From assembly GCA_965178125.1 (NCBI GenBank), contig OZ237747.1:310001-374000 (forward strand): a stretch of DNA of 64,000 bases. The letters are read 5' to 3'. Position 1 is the stretch's first letter. Each line of letters starts with the position of its first letter. Positions 35,507 through 48,400 of this stretch are shown here, piece by piece. The stretch comes from Bilabrum cf. latius. Lineage: Eukaryota. The notes under the pieces were generated by a model, which did no database searches, was not told where the DNA came from, and was given only the letters and a program-made list of their open reading frames with translations. The translations under genes were made by a program, and so were the position numbers.

Positions 35507-38500
35507 TCATTCCAAAGACAAAGCTAGGCTGACATCTCCTAGAACAGTAGATGAGCAAAGAGGCTGGCACGCACCACCCGCGGCAGGGGCCAACACCCCG
35601 TTGGCATCGTCCCGGTCGGACCGGTGGTCAAACGGCAACTTGCAGCTAGCACCGGCATTCCATGACCCAGACCACGGGTACCCATCACCTAGAAACGCCC
35701 ACACATCGTCTGTGCCCAGCGGCATTGGAACAGTCGCCATGCCATGGCTGGACGATGAGCCATGCCCCCGTCCATTGGCACCACCTGAAGACAAACCTGA
35801 AGGCGCAAACGATACGCTCGCATGCGTGCGATTCGCCATGATCGACACCACCCCCTCGCACAGCACTCCGCCGCCAGGTACTATTCCCTGCATACCCCCA
35901 CCACACACACCCAGCGCAACCTCGCTGCCGTGCTCCTGCGTGCCAGCCATGGCAAACACGAGAGAAGATGTCCCGTTCACCTGCACCCCGATCCTGACCG
36001 GAGCGCCACCATCCCCAACGGTCGCCACAGTGGCACGAGAACAAGCCAGGCCCGTGCCCGTGCCCCCGCCAAACACGCTCACATTGAAAGGCAATGTGAG
36101 CTCCACCCGACCGCTGGGACCCCTTAGTGCCCACGAGGGCACCTCCAGCCCGATCGACCCGTTGCCACAGACCGTTCCGACTTGCGCCATGGGCAGCTGT
36201 GGGATCGGAGCCGCTGCAGTGGGCCCCGTGGCGTTGGATACGACTGCAACGGCCGCAGGTGGGGGGAACTCATACAGGGCCTTGGTGCCAGCTGGGTCGC
36301 TGGCGTTGAGCCACATAGCTCGGGTGGCCGGTGCTGGCGGCGAGGCCGTGGCAGGCGACACTTTCGGAAGGCCTAGAGACGAAGCAAAGGAATTGGCCGC
36401 TCCGGTGTGAAGCACGAACTGGTCCGCATCTCCTGGTGCTCGCCACGCGAGCAGTGCATGCACGTTGCCGACCAGGCCTGGCACTGTGCTCGCGGGAATC
36501 GCCTTGCCGCCCACGCGAGCCACGCCCGTCGGGGCAGACAAGTTTGCCGCTCGCGGTGGGAAGGACACATTCAAGGCAAGCATTGAGGTCAGTCCAGTCC
36601 GCACGAACGCGGCGACTCCCCTCTCTGGCCAGAGCGACACTCCAACGTACTGCCACGGCGGCCTGCCATGCACCGAGCTGTTGCGGTATGCGCTACTGTT
36701 GGCACACAGCGGGCTGCCCTCGGGCACTTCCACGTTAAGGCCATCCTTCGCGCCGTGCACGTACACGGTTGGACATCCCTTTGGCGTCATCGCAAACACC
36801 ATGCCGCTGGTTGTGCCCGGTGCTGCATTTCTGGTGTCCAGAAACGTGCCTGTCGCCAGAGGCTTGTAGCCAAGCGGTGAGATCCACGCGCCGATCGACA
36901 CGCCGTGGCTGCTCTCCGCATCGAATGCTCCCCGCAGGCCCAGCTCCTGCGTGCCATGGAACTGCAGGGCATGCACCGGCGGGGTCGGTGGCTTGGCTTC
37001 AACGAGGGCAGGCGCTCGATTCATTGGTGTGTTTTCCCGGGGATGTGCCAGCAGTGGCGTGTCATTGGAGGCTGCAGAGTCGTCCTATTGTTGGGACCCG
37101 ACGAGGGGAAGGCCCTGGATCACGGCAACTCGTATGCTCCGTGGGCTTGCACCGCTCGAGTAGCTCACCACCAGAGTCCGAGGACGGGCCGAGGAGTCTG
37201 AGGAGGACGACTACAAGTTCATCGCATTGGTTGGTACGGTGCCCCAGGCCATCTGGGGGTACATTGCTAGCTCGCCCAGTTCTGTAAAGGTGATCCCAGG
37301 TGCAAACCCGAGTGGAGCCACGCGCCTACCTGTCATAACAGAATGTTTCAAGTGTTCCGTGCCGTCCAAAGGCGATCGAGGCAGCGCTGCCGACGGTGCC
37401 GACGGTAATGGCCCGTCCTACGCAACCATGGTAAACACCGCTGCGCTAAGTCGCCCCGACACGTGGGACTCGGCGTAGTCGTTGTGCACCATGGGTATCC
37501 GGTGCACCGGAGAATCACCGATCGCATCGCGGACGGGGACGGCCCGCGTGCTGCGATGCATGCCTGGCTATGGTGGCCGGAGGACGTGCGGCCGAGACAC
37601 AGTCGTGTCGATCCCCACAGGCTACAAGTCGCTCCAGGAGCCGCCCCCGTCGATGCTGGTGCTCCAAAGGAGCCTCTCCCACGGCATCGGGCCCCCATCG
37701 CTCGGTGCTCTGAAATCGTTGTTGCGGCAGAGCATCACCAGGCCCCACTAGCCACCCACTTCCGATGCCCCATGCCCACGATTGGACGGATTGTCGCCAA
37801 CAGTTGGTCTGGATGGGTACATCGTCGCCCCGGCACTGCTGCTGCCTCTGCTGCTGCTGATGGGGTCCTGCAGCCAGGCCTCGTAGACGGTCGGCTCCCA
37901 CTGCGCCCAGGACTTTCCCGGCTGGATCGTTCCCTCAGAGAAATTCCAGGTGGTCCCCGCGTCGTCTGAAAGCATGACGCTGCACCTATGGCCAATCGAA
38001 AAGAACCCTGAAACGTTCGCTGGCGCATCGGGCGCTCGGCCACTCCCTGTCGCGTTCGTGAGAACCACTGGTGCCACAATCCGGCCGCTGAAGCGGGTAT
38101 CGCGGCTCACTTGAATGGGATCCTGGCTTGGAAATATTTTCCAACGAGTGCCGTTGAAGACTGGGTTTGGTGAACCTCCGAACGTGACAAATCGGGACTG
38201 GAATCGCTGCTCGGACTTGGAATACTCAGACCAGTACATGCCAAGTTTCGCCGCAGTTGCGCTGCCATCTTGGCTCCACGATGCTCCAAGGTACTCTTCA
38301 TCACTTCCTGGCTTTCGGAAAACCAAAAAGTTTGGCTGCCATTGCAGGCAGCCAACCGGAGGACATGCAACGCCCGGGAACGCGATCTTGTGCGGGCTCC
38401 AAGTGCCTTTGGGACCACCAGTAGAAGGATCATGGTCTGAAACCGACAGATAGTTCAACTAACCAGGTTTTCCTTCTTTCGCGATCTAGTTTCCATTCCA

Positions 38501-38659
38501 AGATACTAGCCATTCCCCGTCGAATTTTATAATGCTCGAATCGTGGTTGTATTGCAAGTCCTCGACAGCTGCGTTTACAACGAACTGCCTCTCGATCTGT
38601 ATGTTCGGGGCATGGTATTGGTAGCCAAGAACCAATGGGATCATGCATAGCCACTTCAT
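35507..38659 (-). CDS. Secreted sialidase-like (BNR/Asp-box beta-propeller) protein with a LamG/ConA-like domain, about 1050 aa
   Basis: ATG 38659 gives a hydrophobic start (MKWLCMIPLVLG). Motifs: YNHDSSII..WLVSWNG..EGKPG*, Asp-boxes SDDAGTTW and SIDGGGSW, WEPTVYE, LVMLCRN and MYPQM, then LamG-like VSIGAWISP..WQYVGV. The frame stays open via TAG to TGA 35507-35509. Confidence 0.75.
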
Positions 38660-38777
38660 CACGTGCGGCTACAGTTGCCGAGCGCGATGTCCGCTGGGAT
38701 CGCGCCCACGAATGACGAGCGAAGCATTCTGCTCTGCAGCGTGGTCATCTTTGGTGCACAGGTGTATCCTGAGTCCA

Positions 38778-40671
38778 ATGAAGGGCGTCAAATCCTTTGC
38801 AATCAAGAAGCGCTCTGCGCCCGGCGACTTTTTGCTAACTCGATTCGACGAGGCTAGGTTGCAAGTGAGGCCATGCGTTGAAGGTTGTTGCATCACCGCA
38901 AAACTATACCCGAGATCAAACCATTTTGACCGTGCATCTTAATACAACTTTTACAGCAAGCGAGTGGACAGCAAGCAACTGTCGTGGTGCGGCCAGAGCT
39001 GGAGAAGTTTCGAGATGGCGTTGTGATGCGTGAAATCGAACGCACTGACCGAAGAATCCAGACTAGAAATGATAAGGGGCAGCGAGAGGCTAGGAAAGAG
39101 CATTTGATTCAAGTTTGTGACGGCTGGTCGATCAAGCATGGGGAAGAGGCCACCCCTCAAGACTTGCAGTTGTACGAGGGAGCCCAGGACGACGAGCAGC
39201 CAGAGTATGCTGTATTTGTGAGGGACACGGACGATTCTGGCAACTTGCTGGATTCTTACACGGCATATGCAGTAGACGAGGCTTGGACATTCCTCAAGCA
39301 GTCCACTGTCAAGCGACAGACAGCCGAGCAGGCCGAGGAGGAGTTCCTGGCTATGCGTGCTGCTGGCCCGGTGAGTGTATTGGCTAATATCTGTGGTAAT
39401 TATCGGACCCCAATAGGGCGCGCGAGAGCGATGCAAAGCATCTGATTCGGCTGCTTCGCCAGCGCACTGGCACCCGCGCCCTCTCCCCGGCAATCTCCTC
39501 GTCGCAGAAAAGAAGCCGGATGGGCAAGTACATCGAACGAATGCAGCAAATGGATAGCGTGTCTGAGCAGCAGGAGGGGCTGGTTCGGACCATGGAAGAC
39601 GAGATGCCCGCGATGAACGACGAATCTCTCGAAACGGGGGCAGGCGACCAGCAGAAATCGATCTCTAGCTCCTCGGCGTCCAAGGCGAGCACGTCCTCCG
39701 GAGCAGCTGCTTCTTCGAGTCAGCCGAGGTACCAGACGGCAAACCGGGAGGGCATCGCCACAGCCGTGCTGCAGACCGGAGAGCTGGGCAGCCAGGCACT
39801 GCGGGATGCGCAGGCGGGGCAGGACCTTGTGGACGACGAGGTAGAGGAGGACAGGAGGGCGCGACAGAACGAGCTGCAGAGGCTGGAGGACGATGGGGAT
39901 ATCGTGGCGGAGACCAGGTTCGGTGCCACAAGTCTCGAGGGGTTCGCGGACGTGGACTTTAGGGAACAATTCGACGACGACGAGGGCGTGGACGCCGACC
40001 TCATGGTAGCCGAGTCGCAGGCTCTGGGGCACGAGGTCGCGAGGGAGGACGAGCTGGCGGTGGGCCGGCGGGTGGTCTCGGGGGGCGCCTCTGGATGGGA
40101 AGACGAGGACAACGACGCGATCCTGGGGGGAGAAGGAGAAGAAATGACGGATGAGGCGGCGGACGCGGCCGAGCGAGCGCGGGCGTTTGGGGCGAGCAGC
40201 AGCAGCCGGTACCAGGGCAAGTCCCAGGTGGAAATGTCCGCGCTTGGAGCCGTGGCGAGCAGCAGCAGCAATAACAGCTCAAGCACAGCAGGAGTTCCCG
40301 GGGGGGATTCGGCACAGGCTAGCGGTAGGAAGCGGGGCGCCCCTGATTCGGACGGCACCGCCGGGGCTGGCCGAGGAGATGCGCCGACCGCGAAGCGAGC
40401 ACGCTCCGAAGCAGGTGCTCCTGCCGCCGGCGAAGGCAGCAGCCAGCCAGCGGCAAGCACAGCAGGCATTTTGCGGACAGCGATCTTGGACCTGCTAGAG
40501 CGCAGCGGCGGCAGGGTGAGCAAGCGTAATCTCACGAGGCTGCTGCGGAGGCTGCAGCGCAAGCACGGCGACAACATCAAGATCCCGTTCCCGAGGGTGC
40601 TTAGCACGCTTGCCAAGCGAGAGGCATCGGGAACTGACGTGTTCTATGTACAGATTAAGAAACGCGTTTAA
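38778..40671 (+). CDS. Transcription factor IIF large subunit (RAP74/TFG1-like), 554 aa; exons 38778-38864, 38957-39370, 39508-40671
   Basis: YAVF..YAVDEAWTF..TAEQAEEEF resembles the RAP74 N-terminal motif. It is followed by acidic DVDFREQFDDDEG and a C-terminal winged-helix-like segment. Two phase-0 GTGAG..CAG introns. Ends at TAA. Confidence 0.75.
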
Positions 40672-40840
40672 AGTTTGCACGTCTTATTTTTGTGCAAGTC
40701 ATTTGCGACCAACGTCCCTGCAAGATGGTTCCCTCGTTGCGACGACACCGGCAGAATGCGAACCTTTCGGCGCTCGGCTCCGAATGTAGACTCCTTCCGT
40801 GATCACAAGCTTTCCGTCACATCAAAAAAGCAAAGGAATC

Positions 40841-41041
40841 ATGCCAGGAAAGTCTGCAAAGAAGGGAATGTCGGCAAAGGGCAAGGCTGCGGCAGGAGAT
40901 GCTGCTGCTGCTGCTTCCGCTCCCGCTCGAGGACCAGCGAAGGGCCGGAATGGCAAGGGGAAGGCAAAGAGCAAGGCAGGCGCCACTGGGCCCGCGAAGA
41001 GTGCGGGCGGCGTTAAGGCATCGGGCAAGTCGCGCAAGTGA
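40841..41041 (+). CDS. Small Lys/Ala/Gly-rich basic protein (66 aa), histone-H1-tail-like
   Basis: MPGKSAKKGMSAKGK...KASGKSRK-TGA. Called on composition only; it overlaps the 3' end of the opposite-strand USP frame. Confidence 0.5.
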   Translation: MPGKSAKKGMSAKGKAAAGDAAAAASAPARGPAKGRNGKGKAKSKAGATGPAKSAGGVKASGKSRK

Positions 41042-42335
41042 TCTGACGAATGCAATGCTCGCTCCAAAAGAGCTCTGCAAGCGTGCTACTGCCATCAGTG
41101 GTGCGAGCGAGCACGAGCGGGGAGAGGCCACCAGATTGAAGCCGCGGCAGAGCCTAGGCTAGAAGGGTTGGCTCATATGATTGACCCGTGCTGGGTAAGG
41201 TCCCACGGTTCACGCACAGTCGACCGCGATCCAGGCTGCGGAACACGGCGCCAATCGCTCCGGGAGGCCGATCCTTTGGCGGCTCTGGGATCTGCTTCCC
41301 GGGCATGAACAGCCGCGCCCCGTCGTGCAGATCAGAAGGGTGAAGACGGCCCGAGGCCTTGAGGGCAACTAGGCGAAACGCGTGCCTGACGCAGAATTTT
41401 GCAAACGGCTCGCAATGCATCAGGCACTGCAGCGTGCTATTCATGAAACACGTATTCCCCAAGTTGTCCAGCCCACCACCGATGCCTGCACGCAGCCTAC
41501 CAGTGCCGAAGCAAGCGTACTAGAACCCCACCTTCATTGATTTGATATCTCCCGCCTTTGCCTCGACTACCTGAACCATCGCTTCGGTCAGCCCACGGCC
41601 CCAGCCCTCGCCGAGCTCCTCGCTGACACCAATCATCTCGGGACGCTCCGGGGCCGTACCCCGGGCCACGGCTGCCGACGATGCAGGAAGCGCACTGGCA
41701 GGGACACCCAGAGCAATGGCAGACTTGGTGGTGGGCGGCACGACTGGTTGGCCGAAACTGGCAGCTGCCTCGCTGGTGCGTCCCGGTGGTGATGGCCAAT
41801 GCCCGTCGGAAGTTTTTGTCTCCAGCGGTCCCATGCGAGCAGTTCCTGGGGGAACCGACGCGGGCACCAACTCACCGGTACTCATGGTTCTTTTACTCTG
41901 GGTAGAGCTGGCAACAGTGCTCTGAGATGGCACTGGGCTGTTCGCAGCCCGGGAAATCCGCGCACTCTCGTCTGAGCGGAACTTTACCACGCCTAGCAGC
42001 CTCCATCGCTCGCCATAAGACACCCTAGCCGAGTCTGTTCGCTACTAGGTCTGCGACTTGATGGCCAACTTATCTGAAGATGACGTCGAGCGCCTAGGGT
42101 TGTGGCGCTTGGCACCCTGCAGCCCCTCGCATTCGACCTCCATCCCTGCAATTGTCTCGCGCCTCGGGCGTTTTTGTCCGATACTAGCATCCGGAAATTG
42201 ATGGGCTGATACTGAATCAGCTTCGTGCCGATTTTTCAAAGCTCTACCTGCTGCCTTGCCAGTCATCATGCGGCTTGCTTCCTCAGATTCCATCCCGACA
42301 GCCCGATGAGAGCCCTCCTTGAATCTATTACTCAT
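41013..42335 (-). CDS. Ubiquitin-specific protease-like (USP36/42-type Cys box), apparently truncated, about 440 aa
   Basis: Three track ORFs are joined by TAG. Cys box GGGLDNLGNTCFMNSTLQCL. The frame ends at TAA 41013-41015 after RQITCATC. No QED/His box is visible. Confidence 0.6.
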
Positions 42336-42633
42336 GACAAAGGTCGCACAAAGATGCAATAAACACAAACGGCGAGTAGGCTTTCGAATAGGCAGCAGAG
42401 AATGGCTGTCGACGATTGCAGTTCAAAATCAGCTCAAATAAGACATCTCATTTTATCTGCACGCAACCCAATGCGGCGCTCGTTGTGCTGCTACAGCTGC
42501 GAGTTACTGCCCATTTCCCCCTCATTTCTCTCACGTTTTCGTGAAGATGATGTGTCTAATCTAGGGGTTGCTGCTTACAAGTGAGCTGAAGTGCCTGTGG
42601 ACTTGTACAACACCTGCGTGACACATGTGTCAA

Positions 42634-43980
42634 ACCTGTCAGGGGAGGGACCTGTCAGGGATCAGAGGGACCTGTCGGTGTCAGGGGAGGGACCTGTCAG
42701 GGATCAGAGGGACCTGTCGGTGTCAGGGGAGGGACCTGTCAGGGATCAGAGGGACCTGTCGGTGTCAGGGGAGGGACCTGTCGGTGTCAGGGGGGGGACC
42801 TGTCGGTGTCAGGGGAGGGACCTGTCGGTGACAGGGGAGGGACCTGTCAGGGATCAGAGGGACCTGTCGGTGACAGGGGAGGGACCTGTCAGGGATCAGA
42901 GGGACCTGTCAGGGATCAGAGGGACCTGTCAGGGATCAGAGGCACCTGTCAGGGATCAGAGGGACCTGTCGGTGACAGGGGAGGGACCTGTCAGGGATCA
43001 GAGGGACCTGTCGGTGACAGGCGAGGGACCTGTCAGGGATCAGAGGCACCTGTCGGTGACAGGGGAGGGACCTGTCAGGGATCAGAGGCACCTGTCGGTG
43101 ACAGGGGAGGGACCTGTCAGGGATCAGAGGGACCTGTCGGTGACAGGGGATGGACCTGTCAGGGATCAGAGGGACCTGTCGGTGACAGGGGAGGGACCTG
43201 TCAGGGATCAGAGGCACCTGTCAGGGATCAGAGGGACCTGTCGGTGACAGGGGATGGACCTGTCGGGGATCAGAGGGACCTGTCGGTGTCAGGGGAGGGA
43301 CCTGTCAGGGATCAGAGGGACCTGTCGGTGACAGGGGAGGGACCTGTCAGGGATCAGAGGGACCTGTCGGTGACAGGGGAGGGACCTGTCAGGGATCAGA
43401 GGGACCTGTCGGTGACAGGGGAGGGACCTGTCAGGGATCAGAGGGACCTGTCAGGGATCAGAGGGACCTGTCGGTGACAGGGGAGGGACCTGTCAGGGAT
43501 CAGAGGGACCTGTCAGGGATCACAGGGACCTGTCGGTGACAGGGGAGGGACCTGTCAGGGATCAGAGGGACCTGTCAGGGATCAGAGGGACCTGTCGGTG
43601 ACAGGGGAGGGACCTGTCAGGGATCAGAGGGACCTGTCAGGGATCAGAGGGACCTGTCGGTGACAGGGGAGGGACCTGTCAGGGATCAGAGGCACCTGTC
43701 GGTGACAGGGGAGGGACCTGTCAGGGATCAGAGGGACCTGTCGGTGACAGGGGAGGGACCTGTCAGGGATCAGAGGGACCTGTCAGGGATCAGAGGGACC
43801 TGTCGGTGACAGGGGAGGGACCTGTCAGGGATCAGAGGGACCTGTCAGGGATCAGAGGGACCTGTCGGTGACAGGGGAGGGACCTGTCAGGGATCGGACC
43901 TGTATCGGACCTGTATCGGACCTGTAAGGGGGGGGGTGGGGACCTGTATCAGACCTGTATCAGACCTGTATCGGACCTAT
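42634..43980. repeat. G-rich minisatellite made of 20-bp (gggacctgtcagggatcaga) and 22-bp (gggacctgtcggtgacagggga) subunits forming a 42-bp period, ending in gacctgtatc-type units
   Basis: Directly visible; subunit order varies (AB, AAB, BB). Confidence 0.97.
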
Positions 43981-44102
43981 TGAAGGAATTTGCTTCGAAC
44001 TTGCACCAGTCCCGTGGGGGTGGGGGTGGACCAGTCGGGAGAAAAGCACTTTAACTCAGTATCCTTTTTGGTACAATCAGCCCGTTGTGAATCAAAAGGA
44101 AC

Positions 44103-45417
44103 TCAGTACCCGTCCAGCAGGCCCCGCTCGGCCTCGCTGCTTGACAAACCCTCGCCAGGGATCTGGGCCGAAGCCTGGCTGCTCGGCGCGGAGCCACCGC
44201 GTGGCGCGTCCTCGACCATTGGCTGGCTTGGCACCGCCGATCCGATGTCACGGACCGCCGGGTCCTCCTCCTCTGCTTGGCCCGACTCGGCACGACCTCG
44301 GGGTATCCGATCGGGGGGAGCGAGTTGCCCGAAGAGGGTCTGCATCTCACGGACAATCCTCGCCCGCCAGAGCTCGACGTGCCTCGCGTCGAACAGCGTG
44401 CCGGCCACGATCGCAGTGTGTCGGAGCCGGTCCCTGATCACGCGAACCGATACGTGCGGATGCAGCGCCCACTGGATCCACACGTGGACGAAGACGCCCA
44501 CATGCGCGCCGCTGTCGATCGGGTCACGCTGCCGTCCGCAGCCGCGCGGCCCGCGTCGAAGTTCCACCACGGGGAACCGCTGCGGGTCCAGGATATGCCG
44601 CCCCGTTCCGGGGCCGTGCTTCTGTTCGTAGGCTCGCTGGCAGTGCCCGCGGATCTGCGAACCAACCGCGCTGGGGTCAAAGTGCCCCTGTCCGGGGGCG
44701 GGGTTGAACAGCAGGATGCAGGGGGCGGCTGCCTCCTTGGCGCTCTGTCTCGTACTGTAGGCACCGACTCTTTCGCCTCTTCTCCGCCGCGGTCATGGTG
44801 TCCCAGTAATCAATGACGTCTTCCGCGGTCGCGGCTGGAGACAGTTCGGCATTGTCCCGGTCCCAGTAGTCGATTGCCAGGGTACCGTTCCGGCCGGCCG
44901 ACCCCTCGAGTGCCAATGCACCGGCGCGAGCCTCTTGCGCCGCGGCTTTCAGTGCCACCGACTTCCCGAGGTCGCGTGAAACAGAAATCTAAGCATCACG
45001 CAGCACGGCCAGGTCGCGCGTGACGGCCTCTAGCTGAGGGGACAGCTCCGAGCGCGAGAATTGCTCCAGCAGGTCCGCAAGACCCGCGGGAGGCTCGGGT
45101 CGTTCGCCTCTGCCTTTGGCACCACTTGCAACCCTCCGGCGCTTTGCTTCTGGCTCGGGGGCCTGCTCGGTCGCCGGTCGCCGCGGACTCTGGCTCTGCG
45201 GCTCTTCCGAGTCGGATACCTCCCCACTGGTGGCAGCGCCTGTGCCGCCAACTGGTGGCTGCATCGGCTCCCTGGCCTCGGCCGCACACGCCTTGAGCAA
45301 ACGAGCCTGTTCAGTGAGGTCAGTGAGCACGGCCCGGCAGTCGGCGATGAGCGCTCCCAGGCTCGCCACAAGCCGCTCCGCCCTCCTCTGTCGAGCTCCT
45401 CCTTGTTTCGTGCATGT
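44103..45417 (-). pseudogene. Degenerate coding remnant with a Ulp1/SENP (C48)-like C-terminal segment
   Basis: 44677-45417 is open via one TAG but lacks an ATG. After a frameshift near 44770 the second frame reads PCILLFNPAPG..IRGHCQRAYEQKH..FPVV..RQRDPIDSGAHVGVFV, which resembles the C48 pattern PCIL.FDSL..PQQ.N..DCG. Confidence 0.35.
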
Positions 45418-45466
45418 TTACACACAAGTAATGTCTAAAATTGAAACTCCAAGCATTGTTCTTGCA

Positions 45467-48400
45467 TCATGTTTCTTCCGTCCTATCTCCATGCCTCGGA
45501 CTTCTCTGCCTGATCGAATTAGCGCTACCCCCCCCCTGCGTAACATCCTGCCCACCGTCTACATCATCCACGTCCACCCAGCCGGTCGCAAACGTGGGGG
45601 GCGAGGCAGACGTCGCCCTGCCGGCGCCTGCACCTGCTGACGCGTCCGACCGCTCGCTACGCGCGACTTCGCCTGCCGCTCGTTCCGAGTCGGCCGAGCG
45701 GTAGGCCGAGCTGTTGGCGGAGGAATGCAGCTGCCGCTTCCGGGATGCTGCGATGGCCCGAAGGCGGGGCGAAACTCTGCCACCACCGCCGCCGCCGCCG
45801 CCGCCGCCCGTCTTGGACCCGCTGCTCGTGGACCCGGGAGTCACGCTCCCTCCCCCCTGCAGGGCGCCTCCAGACGGCCCGCTCACACCACCACGTAGAC
45901 CAATGGACGTCCCGTGATCGGTGGGGTGTGCCGCTCGAGGCAGCACAGAGAGCTGCCCAGAGCCTGCCGTCGGTGTCGAGAGCTCCCGGCTGCCTCGAGG
46001 GGACGCAGAGTCGCCCTGCGAATTCGACTCCGAATCCACACGGAGCCTGGAGAGCCCGGGGATGTTCCCCGACCCGCTGCCGTTCCCGTGACCGCTGCTC
46101 CGCTTGCCCCCGCGCAGCGGCTTCACGACCCTTCCTCCGTGCGTGCCGATGCCCTGCCCCGGCCCCAGCCCCACGCTCCCTCCCGCCGCCGCGCGCCCGC
46201 CCTGCCCGTCATCTCCTCGTCGATACCCGCCCCCTCCCCCTCCCATCACCATGAGGTCCCCAGGCCTGCCACTCAAGATCCTCGCGCGCGCCTGTGCACG
46301 CAGCGACGCGATCGAGTCGTGCAGCTTGGCGTTCTCCCTCTGCATCCGGGCCAGCCTCTCGTCCCTGGCCGCCAGCGCCTCCCCCCTCTGGGAGCACTCC
46401 ACATCCACCACCGCGTACTTCCGCAGCAGCTGGCGGTGGGTCGTCATGATCGCGTCCAGCCGCTCGTTCGCCACCCGCACCGCGATGGACTGCTCCAGCA
46501 CGACCCGCTCTAGCCCCGCCGCTCTCCTAGCGGGGTCTTTCCCAACGCTGGGCAGCGTGCGAGGCACGACCTCCCGGATGAGGGCGGCGGCTGCCGTCGC
46601 GTTGATCTTCGCGGCAGCGCTGGGCCCGCCCCTCTGACTGTTGTATGCGTCTCCTGCGCGGGGCGTGGATGCGCCCGAATCTCCAGCGCTGCTGCTGTCT
46701 CCCGAACCGCCCTCCCCAGCCGATGGGGACGGATCGTCGAGGGCAAGCAGCGGTGCGGCCACTCTCATGCGGGCCAGCTCCGTCTGATGCTGCGAAATAG
46801 CCGTCTCGTGGGTGGCTCTGAGCTCCTCCAGCTCGGTGCGGAGGGCCTGCACCCTCGAGCGAGCGGAAGTTGCCTCCCGCCTCGCCTCCGAGGCCTCCGC
46901 TGCGGCCTGTTCCATCGCCTGCCGCACGTCTTCGATGGTGCGAGGCACCGCGCTGGAACTTGGGGCGCGCTTCGGCCGTCTGCTCCCACGCAGCTGCACC
47001 CACGGCTACGGCATGCCCTCAGGAAACGTCTCTCGCAGCAGAGCGCGGACCTGGTCAGCGCTCGGCAGCGGCTTCTCTCTCTCTGCCGGGGCTCGTCTGC
47101 GGCTGGCGGACCCGGGGCGGCTGCTGGATCCAACGCTCGCACCGGATGCCTCTCTCGCCGCCCTGCTGCCGTCGGACGGCTTGGCCGCGGCCGCCGACCG
47201 CTCGGCCGCTTTCAAGGCCACGAGTGTGTCCTCCGCGATCTGCAGGCACCGCTTCAGCTCCGCATTCTCCATTCGCAGCCTGAGGTTCTCCGCGTTCTTC
47301 TGGCCCAGCTCCTTGGCCAGCGATCCTATCTCGTCCCTGCTCTGCCGAAGGTCGTCATTGAGCTGCGCGTTGGCGGACATGAGCTGCTCCATTCTGGACT
47401 TGGTCTCGGCCAGCTCTAGCACCGCCCCGCCTCGGCCGTGGATTCCAGACACGCCGGACATGACCGAGCTTGTGTCGTCCGAGGCCCCGCCCATGCGCCC
47501 GTGCTCAGACATGGCAGTGGTGCTGGGAGACCGGGCGGCCTCGGAGCCCGGGCTCCCCTAGGCCAGGCCGCTCACCGACCTGGCCATCATCGCGTGCTTG
47601 GTCTGCGGCCTAGATTGCTGCTGCTGCTGGGCTTTCTGCTTCTTGGATCTTGCGATGAGCTTCAGGAGCTGGGCCCTCAACTGCTTGATCAGTGATGCCT
47701 GGATCTCGATGGCCTCCTCCGCCTTCCACAGCTGCTGCTGCATCTCGTCGGCGGTGCGCACGCGATTCACGATGGCCCGGTTCTGCACCCGCTGCGCCCG
47801 CGTGCCGAACCGAAGCGTGGAGGTAGTCTCGCGGGCGTCCTGCAAGGCAGGGGAGCAGCAGATCACCAGGCTGGTCCTGCTGTTGCCGCCCAGCGAGTCC
47901 TGCAGGAGCCGAGTGAGCTTGGAATCGCGGTACGGGATGTGCGTGGTTTTGGGCCCCAAGCCATCGCCCTTGGAAGCAAGCGCGTTGATGACATTTCCCA
48001 GCGCGCTCAGGGAACTGTTGATGACCTTGGCCTCGTCCAGGTTGAGCCCGGTTGCGTGGGTCCTCCTGACTTGCTCGCTTCCGGCGAGGTCCACCACGCA
48101 GAGCTTGGCGAACTTCATCGACCCCGTCTCGCCGTCTCTCGTCTCCACGGTGACCGTGGTGACTTGGTGGCTGCGACTGCTGTTTTCGTTCATCCCGGTG
48201 GCGGCGACGGCGCGGTTCGCGGCTGCCTGCGCCACGAGAGCGAGCATCTCGTCGGCGCTGGCGACGTACTCCTCCCTCACACCCACCACGTGGATGCCGC
48301 GCTCTGGGTGCTGCCGGATCTGCAGCGACTGGCTCTCCATGTTTAAGAGGTCTCTGATCCTCTCCATGTATATCTCCACGCAGGATATTCGCACGGTGAA

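Noticed and set aside
42540-42595. Possible box C/D snoRNA (ATGATG...CTGA)
   Set aside because: Box C is imperfect, the span is too short, and there is no terminal stem.
42634-43980. CRISPR array or a coding repeat protein (track ORFs 42591-43477)
   Set aside because: There are no unique spacers and no cas genes, and the context is eukaryotic. The ORFs arise from the stop-poor repeat and shift frame with subunit order.
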